Source: Sporopachydermia quercuum (taxonomy: Eukaryota). From it: a stretch of DNA of 64,000 bases. Positions 12,301 through 22,609 of this stretch are shown here, in pieces (position 1 is the first letter of the stretch; the number at the start of each line of letters is the position of its first letter). The translations under genes were made by a program, and so were the position numbers. Location of the stretch: assembly GCA_001599295.1 (NCBI GenBank), contig BCGN01000001.1, forward strand, positions 1,240,001 to 1,304,000, written 5' to 3'. The notes under the pieces were generated by a model. The model did not search any database. It was not told where the DNA came from and saw nothing but the letters and a program-made list of their open reading frames with translations.

Positions 12301-14240
12301 TGGCGAAAATGTAATTCCCATTTGTAACGAATAGATCAAGTATAGAAGATATCTGAAGCCAAGAGTACCAAGGTATATTTAGTGTTCTGGACATCGAGTA
12401 ACCAATATTGGGCTGAAACTTGTTCAACATGCAACTCTCCACTTGAAATTAACGCGAACCTTAACGCTAACGTTCAAGATACTCCGGATTAAATCTGTAG
12501 AATTTTTCCGAAATGGTTTCACTTCTATAATCATCAAATCAAATCCTAGATCTGAAGTAGCCTAGCTGAAATTCTCTTTTCTTAAAGTATGTTATCAATC
12601 AAATTGAAGCGGGGATTTGAAAATTTAAATTGTCCACAACTACTTGCCGAGTTCGGGCAGCTTTTCATTTATATCAAAATACAGAAGTATTATTTAAGGG
12701 AACTAGAATAATTACGGAAGCTCAACCTGTTGCCGTACACTGATTTGATTGAACTTATTCATCAATATGGGATTTTCGACATTATCAGCCAGTATTCAAA
12801 TCGAACTGCTGTTTTTACTTCTTAGTCAAAGATTGTATCTTCTCTGGTTCAGAAAGCTTAATTTAGCAAGAATCACAGGACTAACTCAAATAGTTAAACC
12901 CCTTGAATTTTCATTGGGTAGAGGATGTCAGACTACTTTTACTTTTCTTTCCGGCAAACAGTAACCAGTCTCGGAAAAATATTATTTCTAATAAAAGTCA
13001 TCCTTTTGATGGTAAGTTCTTAGACCCTTCAATACGACCACGCATTCGATTGGATTATCTATCAGTTTAATTCTAATCATCAATAAAACCAATTTTCCCT
13101 TGTGCCATTGTTAGTTAGACTCGATAATGTTCAATAAGAACTTTATCAATGTGTTGCAAGCTTCTATGTTGCCACATTGATTTCTGCAAAACAATTCGAT
13201 TCCACCCTCATTTACCCACTTCAGCATTTTATGACAATTAGTTAAAACATAGTTGGTTATAAGTGAAATTACTGGCAAGCTCTGAATTGATAACCCAATC
13301 AACTAACCCAATAAACTAACCCAAAAATACCAAACTAATTTCCAAAGTAAATAAAATACTTTAATAGAGTCTAATTAAAAGTGTTGTCGAATTTGAGCTT
13401 ATGAGCTTAATCAATCAAATAATTTATATAAGGCTAAGCAAACTGTTCCCCCGGATTAACTCATGTAAAGTTTGATTGAATTATTCCGCTAGTCTCACTA
13501 TCATTGAATTAGTAAGAAAGAGCTAAATATCATCGATAAATGATAATCCATGAATCAATTAGTTAATATAAGTACATGTCATTCAAAGCATCTAAACAAA
13601 TTGCTTAGTGATAAATAGTACAATCAATTAATTGTACATTATAATCCAAATGGCCTCTTCCTGAATTTATATGAGAACTACTTTCAACTCAAAAAAGACA
13701 ACAGAAAATGGCTACACTGAGCTGTGGACTATCACTGAAGGGATTTTGTTATTTGGTTAGCTTTGTTTTAATTACCGACTGAATTGCTATCGCTGATAAT
13801 AAATTCATCTATCTTTACATATGGAGTTAAATTGAACCTACAGGAGCACCCCAAGTGTTCCATCATCAATCCAAAAATGCGATGTTCATTGAACAAATAA
13901 TACTTCAAAGTAACAGAAAAGTACAATCGAATCATCGTAGAATCGTCATAGAACCACTTGATCTAGAGTAGTGTTCTTATATTAATAAACTCTTTTCAAA
14001 GAATAGTTCAGTTTATTTTTCCCGCTTAATGAAAAGAAGAAACTACCCACATTATTGTACACCCCAGTTGTTTACTTCTTTTTGTGCAAGAGTTCTGAAC
14101 TTCCTTGGAATAAATGCATTTGTAGCACCATCTCCTTAGGCATATCAACTAGAAAGCTCTCATACTTTGTGAGAAATCACATTACTATATTATTCTACTA
14201 TCTCTTTCAACGCAACCATCGTATTCAACGTACGAACCTT

Positions 14241-14306
14241 CCCCAGAAATTATCGCGAGATAACCCCAGAGAACCCCAGAGAACCCCAGAAACGCTTTAG
14301 TCTAAA
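14241..14306 (-). promoter_or_regulatory. Array of four CCCCAGA (CTGGGG, Mig1/CreA-type) motifs plus TTTAGTCTAAA palindrome
   Basis: CCCCAG occurs at 14241, 14264, 14274 and 14284, the last three with a 10-bp period. An interrupted palindrome follows at 14296-14306. The array sits in the transporter B / XYL1 divergent intergenic region. Confidence 0.6.
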
Positions 14307-15348
14307 CAAAGTTCTTGCTTATTTATCCTCTACGGGTTGCAATTGCAATAAAGTTACTATGCCAAACTTTATTGATAATATTTTAAGTTCATACTTATGT
14401 AGGGCAAACAGGAGATTACATGAAATTGCATATGATAAGAATTATGTTATCAGATACTACCTACATTATTAAGTTAAGGTTGAAGCTACGTACGTGCATG
14501 TGGAGTTGTTAAGTCTGAATGATAGAATAACGCCACTCGAATGTGATTGCAGATATGATTGTTATTACATGACAAGAAAGAAAGAAGATAATAACACAAA
14601 GGTAGTATCTCTGGATAAAGAAAGATCTATAGGCTATTATAGACCATAACAACATAGATTAGAAAGTATCAAAAAAATAGGAGAAGTAGCTGTAAAGCGA
14701 TTGGGAAGTACCTCCTCTACGTTTTACATAGCTAAAAAGGATTAATATAGAAACTTAGGCTTCTATGATATATTTTGTATACATAATTACTTAATAAACT
14801 CAGAACTTTTAAGGACAACGCTTCTCAGTATTGCACGGGTCAATTAATCAACCTTCCATGTACTCACATTGAATTATTTCCGAGCTTATTAAAATGAACA
14901 TAACTTTAAAGTTCGATTAAACCCGGTGACTGATAATCCTTCAAGTGCCATTTTCTCCATCCTTATACTAAGAATCAGAAGAAAAAGACTCCGATAAGTT
15001 CCTCCTGACCTATTACAAAGAAATATTTCTTTTTTAACTTTTTTGGTCTGACATCTTTTGTGGGGTTTCTGATATTTGTCTATTGCTAAGGCTCTTAATA
15101 CTTTTGACACCTTGTTGAATAGAGTTTACCAGTCTGAAGAATAAACCCGAGATTCTTTTGTCGCTATTAGAACAATTCGCAAATCATGTACTGTCATCTT
15201 AGAGAGAGGGATTTAGTGAAGAAGCTCCATAAATCAACTATTAGCGTATTCTATATCGAGGTTATATGTTCAATCAATAGTGTGCCATTATCACTCTTTG
15301 GTCAGTTTATCTTTCTTAAGTCAAGAAGAAGATTAAAGTTCAAAAACA

Positions 15349-15458
15349 CGGAGTAATTAGGTATTTTTTATACCTTATCCCCAAATCTAACCTTACCGGA
15401 ATAATACTCTTACTTGTGATGCTCAAGTGCCCTAACAATAAAATCAGTCCGGGGTAAA
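15349..15458 (+). promoter_or_regulatory. Three CGG-N2-TAAW motifs about 50 bp apart, candidate UAS of XYL1
   Basis: CGGAGTAAT (15349), CGGAATAAT (15397) and CGGGGTAAA (15450) lie on the same strand, 400-510 bp upstream of the ATG. CGG triplets are typical Zn2Cys6 half-sites. Confidence 0.45.
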
Positions 15459-15689
15459 ATATCCAAAACTTTTTCCGAACTAAGCACCAAACAGCCAACA
15501 TTTTGATGCCTTTAAAGCCTGTATCCCTAAGAAGTGACATACAAATCTAGCACCCCGTCTATAGTACTCGAATAATCTTTCAACTCATAATAGAGCCTAA
15601 AGTTCAAATCTCGCTAACGTCTCCGTACTAATCCACCCATTGTCACTCACTCATTCAAAAAGGAGGACTACATAGAGAATTTATTATTA

Positions 15690-15697
15690 TATATAAA
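15690..15697 (+). promoter_or_regulatory. TATA box of XYL1
   Basis: TATATAAA about 160 bp upstream of the ATG, followed by a pyrimidine-rich leader and an AAAAATG start context. Confidence 0.6.
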
Positions 15698-15855
15698 GGC
15701 ATAGAGTTCCAAAAAATAGACCTATATACCCTTGAAAGATTCCTTGTTTGCTACTAATAGTTTTCTGGTTCTTCCCATTTTTACCTTGCCTACTAATAGA
15801 TCACTGTTGATTAATATCTATAGACTGTAATACTACTAAATTATACACTTTAAAA

Positions 15856-16827
15856 ATGACTGCTGCTGAATCATACACAGTTCTTCCATCAGGATCTAAA
15901 ATGCCATTGATTGGCTTGGGTACTTGGAAGATCCCCACCGAAAAGGTCGCCGATACTGTCTACAACGCTATCAAAATTGGTTACCGTCTTTTTGATGGTG
16001 CTGAAGATTACGGCAACGAGAACTTATGCGGTGAAGGTGTCAAGAGAGCAATTGACGAAGGTATCGTTAAAAGAGAAGATCTGTTCATCACTTCCAAGTT
16101 ATGGAATACTTTTCACCATCCTGATCACGTCATTGATGCTTGTAAGAGATCTTTGGAAGATTGGGGCTTAGAATACTTTGATTTATTCTTGATTCATTTC
16201 CCCATTTCTTTGAAGTATGTTGATCCTGCAGTTAGATACCCTCCTGGCTGGAACTACGACGTTGAAAAAGGCACCATTGAATTCGAAGACGTTCCAATCA
16301 TTGATACCTGGAGAGCTATGGAGAAATTAGTTGAATTGGGGCTCGTCAAGAACATTGGTGTTTCTAACTTTTCTGGTGGTCTTCTTTATGACCTTATGAG
16401 ATCAGCTACTATCAAACCTGCTTCTTTACAAATTGAACACCATCCTTATTTAGTTCAAAAGCCTTTAGTTGATTACGCTTTAAAGAGTGGAATTGCTGTC
16501 ACTGGTTACTCCACTTTTGGACCTGCTTCTTACATTCAATTAGATCACGGTCAAGGTGTCGCCAGAGTTACTGAGTTGGAACCAATTAAGAAGATTGCTG
16601 AGAAATACAACAAGAGTCCTGCTCAAGTCGTCTTAAGATGGGCTACTCAAAGAGGTATTCATGTTAACCCCATGTCGACAACTGAGAAGTACTTAAAGGA
16701 GAATCTCAATACATTAGATTTCAACCTCACTGAAGAAGAATTATCAACAATCAGTGGTTATGATAGGAACTTCAGATTCAACGATCCTTATGACTGGCCA
16801 CCAACTGGTTTACCTATTTTTGTTTAA
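15856..16827 (+). CDS. XYL1: D-xylose reductase (aldo-keto reductase family 2B)
   Basis: 323 aa with AKR tetrad D47, Y52, K81 and H114. Xylose-reductase signatures are GYRLFDGAEDYGNE, LIHFPISLKYVDPAVRYPPGW, LQIEHHPYL, RFNDP and the C-terminal LPIFV. Confidence 0.93.
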   Translation: MTAAESYTVLPSGSKMPLIGLGTWKIPTEKVADTVYNAIKIGYRLFDGAEDYGNENLCGEGVKRAIDEGIVKREDLFITSKLWNTFHHPDHVIDACKRSLEDWGLEYFDLFLIHFPISLKYVDPAVRYPPGWNYDVEKGTIEFEDVPIIDTWRAMEKLVELGLVKNIGVSNFSGGLLYDLMRSATIKPASLQIEHHPYLVQKPLVDYALKSGIAVTGYSTFGPASYIQLDHGQGVARVTELEPIKKIAEKYNKSPAQVVLRWATQRGIHVNPMSTTEKYLKENLNTLDFNLTEEELSTISGYDRNFRFNDPYDWPPTGLPIFV

Positions 16828-17620
16828 AAAGGTAAATGAATTTTGGTGAGATTAATGAGTTTAGATAATACATACTTATAATACATACTTATAAATTAAA
16901 TGACATTTTATGATTATTTGATTAATTGAATGTAGAAAAATAGAGCAGTAGTCGATTAAACTGGGATCACCACAGGCAAGACAAGGAGGGAAACTTAGTT
17001 TTTCATTGTATTTGTGTTCAGGTGAAATTCTAAGAAACATATCATTAAGATGTGATTACGCTATGTTTATAATATGTTTACATGAATGATCATTCAACCA
17101 ATTTATATTTTCTGTATCCTATTTTCATCCCTTTTGCAATTTCAGAAATTCAAACGGATTATAAGTTCTGATAGCGAGTGCTAAAAACAGTAGGAGATGA
17201 ATGCATGACTTAAATTCTTGAATCCTTAGAGAGCTTGAATGTGATCTGACGTCTTAGAATGAAAAATCATACTACAGAATTTTTGTGTTCTACTTAAGTG
17301 CTATTAAAGATCTCATTATAGAATCATTTTACACGTTTGATGAACTTGTATTTGTTCTTAATCATTACGAAAGAAAGGAAGGAATGCCATCATATCATAA
17401 ACTCATNTCATCTCATCTCATCTCATCTGACCGTTGATCTAACAGACTCCAACAGATCACATACTTTTATAGTACTGACAGAAACTACGAATACGATCCT
17501 ACATCATACTCCATATTTTCATTCATTTATTCATATAAACAACTTATCTCATAAATACAAATAAATATATACGTACACATTACATACACATATCTCATCA
17601 TCTAATTCTATGCAACAAAT

Positions 17621-18688
17621 TTACTCAGGTCCATCAATGATAAGCTTAATAGCCTTTCCTTGTAGAACGGTCTTGAAGCCTTCTTCACATTCATCAAACT
17701 TGATTCTATGAGTGACAAGCTTTTTAACATCAATCTTACCAGAAGCAATTAATTCGACAGCACGTGGATAATCACCATCATAGTATCTGAATGAGCCCTT
17801 GAGAGTCAATTCCTTAGCAGCAACTTGAGCAATTGGGAAATTGACTTCATCTTTACCCATACCAGCTTGAACCATGACACCACCAGCTTTCAAAACATGG
17901 ACTGCAGCAGCAATTGAAGATTCAGCACCAGAACATTCCAAAGCAACGGTTGGCTTGAATCCGAGTTGAGCTTCAATCTTCTTAGCAGTTTCAACAGCGC
18001 TGTCATTCTTATCAACAACGTAACCATCAGTGGCGCCGAAATCTAAAGCAAACTTGACTCTGCTCTCAACGATATCAACAATTGCAACTCTGGTAGCACC
18101 ATAAGCCTTAGCTGTCGCAGCACATAATAAACCAATGGGACCAGCCCCGAATACAACGACTTTTGACCCAAAAGTGACGCCCGCAAGTCTATTAACGTGA
18201 ATACCAACTGATAGAGGTTCAACTAATGCACCCTCTTCTAATGAAACATTTTCTGGTAATTTAACACAGAAATCTTCCGGTAATAAATAAAATCTGGCTA
18301 ATGTTCCGTCATAAGGAGGAGTAGCAGCAAATGCCATATGAGGGCATAAGTTATATTTACCGGCTTTATATTCTTCAGAGTACCTTGATGGAATACCTGG
18401 TTCCATGGCGACTCTATCGCCAACTTTCAATGATGTAACTGCTGATCCAACTTCTGTGATAATACCTGCTGATTCATGACCAAGAACCATTGGTGCTTTA
18501 ACAATAAAATCACCAATTGATCCATGGGTATAGTAATGAACATCTGAACCGCAGATACCAGTCTTCTTCACTTCTACTTTAACATAGTGAGGATCCTTAA
18601 TTTCAGGAATTGGTCTATCTTCATAAGTTACATCATGAACCTTTTTAAGGACAAATGATGGATTTTTCATTGATTTGATATCGGTCAT
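17621..18688 (-). CDS. XYL2: NAD+-dependent xylitol dehydrogenase (MDR family)
   Basis: 355 aa. Catalytic Zn ligands are in CGSDVH and GHE, the Rossmann motif is GAGPIG, and VDIV carries the NAD-type Asp. EPGIPSRYSEEYKAGKYNLCPHMAFAATP lacks three structural-Zn cysteines, as in yeast Xyl2. Confidence 0.93.
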   Translation of the reverse strand: MTDIKSMKNPSFVLKKVHDVTYEDRPIPEIKDPHYVKVEVKKTGICGSDVHYYTHGSIGDFIVKAPMVLGHESAGIITEVGSAVTSLKVGDRVAMEPGIPSRYSEEYKAGKYNLCPHMAFAATPPYDGTLARFYLLPEDFCVKLPENVSLEEGALVEPLSVGIHVNRLAGVTFGSKVVVFGAGPIGLLCAATAKAYGATRVAIVDIVESRVKFALDFGATDGYVVDKNDSAVETAKKIEAQLGFKPTVALECSGAESSIAAAVHVLKAGGVMVQAGMGKDEVNFPIAQVAAKELTLKGSFRYYDGDYPRAVELIASGKIDVKKLVTHRIKFDECEEGFKTVLQGKAIKLIIDGPE

Positions 18689-20863
18689 TTTTAATAAGGA
18701 CTTTTAGTGATAATTATTCAGTTAGTAGGTTATTATTAGCAACTAAGCATTCGAACTACTAAGCAACAAACAATCGAATGAAGAGAACAATCAATTGACA
18801 ACCTAAGCGTAAAAATGTGGGAGAGACAGGTTTTTATGTTATTGAAATTGAAAATCTATCTCATACGAATAAGAGTTGAAAAAATTAATAAGGGAATTTC
18901 TTTCAATTGATGATGTGGTTCCAACTTGAGCTGTGAATGATAGATGATGTTATAGCTATCAGGCAGCATTCCTTTGTTCAGTATACTTTGATGTACGTAT
19001 GGGATAATAGGGAGAAATAGCAGGTTAAAATGTTTAATTTGTAGGTAGAGCTAATAAGATTCGGCATAGAGTGACTAAAACAAGTGAAGTTCAGAGTATA
19101 ATTGCCATTTTAATGTACTGATCGACTGTATAGAACAAGAGAAGTGGGTAAAATAAGGATGAGTTACTAGAAATGAATATGTTGGCTGGGTTAATTGATG
19201 TAATAGAAGGGAATAGATGGGGATGAGGATGTTATACTACACGGAACAATTGTTAGAACTGTAAATAGGAAATGATTACTTTGCTTCAGGTAGTTCCTTC
19301 CATTTTTTTCATTTCGAAGCAAAGTGCTACCGAATACTGTTTGAATAGTTTATGATGACGAAGAAGATAGGATGCACTTATTCTCATGTGGTTATACTGT
19401 AACCAACTAAACAAAGAAGTATCTTGTCTTCGTCATGAAATAAAACACGCCTGTTCTATTTTATTACTAACGAATTATCAGATGTTAATTCACTCTGTAT
19501 GAGAGATTTGGTTTTCTTCTTTTAGCTTCAACTTGTTACCTACGATCTCCTTCCCCGTTGCCAAATATCTTCTTGCCACACAATCAAACCAATATTCATC
19601 ATAAAACCAAGAAAATCAACGATGAATCCATTTTATCGATACATTTTCGATCATTTTGCTACCTCTTGAATGTATATTTTCTTCACAAATATCTCTTGTA
19701 TAAGTTGTTTTCCCACGCCTTGTTAGCAAACTTTAATAAGATAAGCCAAACCTTAATACCGGAGACAATGAGCTTTAGATATCGCTACAGTTTCTAGTTT
19801 GTGGAATGAGACGTGAAACTGTAATTACTTATTTTAGGCATACATCCGGATTATCTTTGTATAAACCCGACCCGAGAAACTTAGCTATATGTATATTTTT
19901 CATCCCTTCAAGCATGATTCTTTCTTTGCTCATTGATTCTTATCCTACGCGTTCTATAGAAACAAAAGCAAACACAAGTGATTCTATGAAAAACGAGAAT
20001 TCCGGGATAAATAACGGAGAAATTAAGCAAACATCATTCTTTATTTTTTTTCCTTATGTCAATATTATCCTACTTAAGTTGGACTGTAATACTCTATCCA
20101 CATCAACAATCATGTCATGTGTTCTATTCATCACCCACCCTCTAGAACCAACTGTAATCTCAACCCCAGAATTGAACCCCCTAGTCACTGAGCTACCCAA
20201 AAATTCGGGTGTTTCCAGGAAATAAAGCCTGGATTTTAAATTCAAATATCCACTCTTTTGATTCTCTGCTCACTTCCCTTCCTATGTTTCTTACCGTTAG
20301 TCATTTTCATTGACTTCGGAATATTTTATAAAGTTAAAGTTCAAGCTTGCCCGACAATCAATTTAATCAGGTTAAGACTTTTAGCCTGGTTGCTATTAAG
20401 GGTATAACTGTATATGGTTCGTTCTACGAGTAGCTATGAATATGTATTATCGGTACAACTAATTCCTANTGTTCTTTATATTTCGACTGGGAAAAGGATA
20501 ACTACCAATTTAAATGCTGGTTAATCCTTTCAATAGCTGCAGTTTCGAATCAGTCACGGAAAGATAGGAATAGCAAGCCAATTGAATATATACTTGGTTC
20601 GCTGAATAGTAACCTAATATGAAAACCAAAGCGATTGAAACTACAACAAGTACGAATGTATGAAGAATCAGTTTATTGGACTACATTCAATCAAAGAAAC
20701 TAGAAGGAAATTGATTGATATTGTTAATTCTTTCCAATTGAATTATCAACAACTTACCAATAATCTGCAAAAACCCTGCAATATTCTACAAAACTCTGCA
20801 CAACTTTCATACAAAATCTGCACATATCCGCACATATCCTGCATCAGAAATCCGTGACTCACG

Positions 20864-22609
20864 ATGACTGACCTCTTCCTTGGATTCGACTTATCAACGC
20901 AACAAATAAAAGCAGTTGTTGTTGATGAAAATCTAAAGCAATTCTATCAGAACTTTGTGGAATTTGATTCCGACACCCCAAGCTATAATGTGTCAAAAGG
21001 AGTCTATAAAAACTCAGCCGACAATTCAGTTTATGCTCCAGTTGCAATGTGGATAGATGCTTTAGAGATCCTATTAACCAAAATGAAAAATGATTCGTTC
21101 CCTTTCAATCGAGTGAAAGCTATCTCTGGAGCTTGTCAGCAACATGGATCTGTTTTCTGGTCAAAAGGNGCTGAAGAAATCCTCCATGATCTTAACCCAA
21201 ATGTGCCTTTGACTCCACAACTTTCTCCAAACGCTTTGGCTCATAAATATAGTCCTAATTGGCAAGATCATAGTACTCCTACTGAATGCGCTGAATTTGA
21301 AGCAGCCGTTGGTGGAGCCGAGGAATTATGCAAAATAACAGGCTCTAAAGCTCACCATAGATTCACTGGTCCTCAAATCCTCAAATTCAAAACTCAACAT
21401 CCTGATAGGTACGCTTCAACTTCTCGTATCGCTTTAGTATCATCATTCCTTACATCAATATTTCTAGGCAAACTTGCACCATTGGATATTTCCGATGTGT
21501 GCGGGATGAATCTATGGGATATTAAGAAATCTGAATGGTTGGATCCTATTATCACATTGACTGCTGGCTCTTCCGATGCGAGTATCAAGCAAGAATTGCT
21601 TGATAAATTAGGNCCAGTTGATAAATCACCAGAAAAATCATTAGGAACCATTTCCAAGTACTTTATCGAAAGATACGGATTCCCGGAAGACTGTGCTATA
21701 TCTAGTTTCACTGGTGACAATCCAGGAACTATTCTAGCTTTGCCTTTACAATCATCAGATCTGATGATATCTTTAGGTACATCAACAACTGTTCTATTAA
21801 CAACCGATCAATATGTTCCTAATGCATCATATCATGTATTTGGGCACCCTACAACTAAGGGTCTGTATATGGGTATGGTTTGCTACTGCAATGGTTCACT
21901 TGCAAGGGAGGAAGTTCGCAATGATATTAACAGTAAGTACAACATTAATGCTCCTCATCATTCGCCTATTAAATGGGAGAAGTTCAATCAGTTGGCTCTA
22001 TCAACACCAGCTTTTGGCAAAAAAAGTGGAGATTCACTTGCAAAGCTCGGAATTTATTTTCCATTAGCAGAAATAGTTCCAGATGCTGCTGCTGGTATTC
22101 ATCGTTATGAGTTTGACGACCAATCAAAGGATAAAGAATTCACTCTGGAAACAGATAATACATTGTGGAGTTTGCCTGATGATGATGCAAGAGCTATTAT
22201 TGAATCCCAAGCATTAAGCATGAGACTCCGAGCCGGCTCAATGCTTTCAGGAGAATCTGGCGATGCAAGACCCGGAAGATTGTTTTTCGTTGGAGGAGCA
22301 AGTAAGAATGAAGCTTTATGTAAAGTCATGTCTGAAGTTCTAGCCCCAAAACACGGTAGTTGGAGAGTTGAATTAGCAAATGCTTGTGCAACTGGTGCTG
22401 CCTATAAAGCAGCCTGGGTCGGATTATATAAACCTGGTTGGAGTTTTCAAGATATGATGAATGAGAAGTTTGATATGAATGAAGAAGGTCTCATTGCTAG
22501 AATTGACGGTGATGTTACCGATGAGCAAAGGCAGAATAATTGGAATACTTATGCTATTGGGGTTGAAGCTTTGGAGAAAGCTGAAGAATTATTACCGCAG
22601 AGTGTTTGA
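20864..22609 (+). CDS. XKS1: D-xylulokinase (FGGY family, eukaryotic type)
   Basis: 581 aa with LGFDLSTQQIK, ISGACQQHGSVFW, SPNWQDHST, GSKAHHRFTGPQI, FTGDNP, SLGTSTT, CYCNGSLARE and FVGGASKN. Also known as XYL3. Confidence 0.95.
   Translation: MTDLFLGFDLSTQQIKAVVVDENLKQFYQNFVEFDSDTPSYNVSKGVYKNSADNSVYAPVAMWIDALEILLTKMKNDSFPFNRVKAISGACQQHGSVFWSKXAEEILHDLNPNVPLTPQLSPNALAHKYSPNWQDHSTPTECAEFEAAVGGAEELCKITGSKAHHRFTGPQILKFKTQHPDRYASTSRIALVSSFLTSIFLGKLAPLDISDVCGMNLWDIKKSEWLDPIITLTAGSSDASIKQELLDKLXPVDKSPEKSLGTISKYFIERYGFPEDCAISSFTGDNPGTILALPLQSSDLMISLGTSTTVLLTTDQYVPNASYHVFGHPTTKGLYMGMVCYCNGSLAREEVRNDINSKYNINAPHHSPIKWEKFNQLALSTPAFGKKSGDSLAKLGIYFPLAEIVPDAAAGIHRYEFDDQSKDKEFTLETDNTLWSLPDDDARAIIESQALSMRLRAGSMLSGESGDARPGRLFFVGGASKNEALCKVMSEVLAPKHGSWRVELANACATGAAYKAAWVGLYKPGWSFQDMMNEKFDMNEEGLIARIDGDVTDEQRQNNWNTYAIGVEALEKAEELLPQSV

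Noticed and set aside
9306..15855. Hidden xylanase/xylosidase gene or pseudogene in the 6.5-kb spacer
   Set aside because: Only short ORFs under 90 aa with no recognisable motif; the segments I translated by hand showed no glycoside hydrolase similarity.
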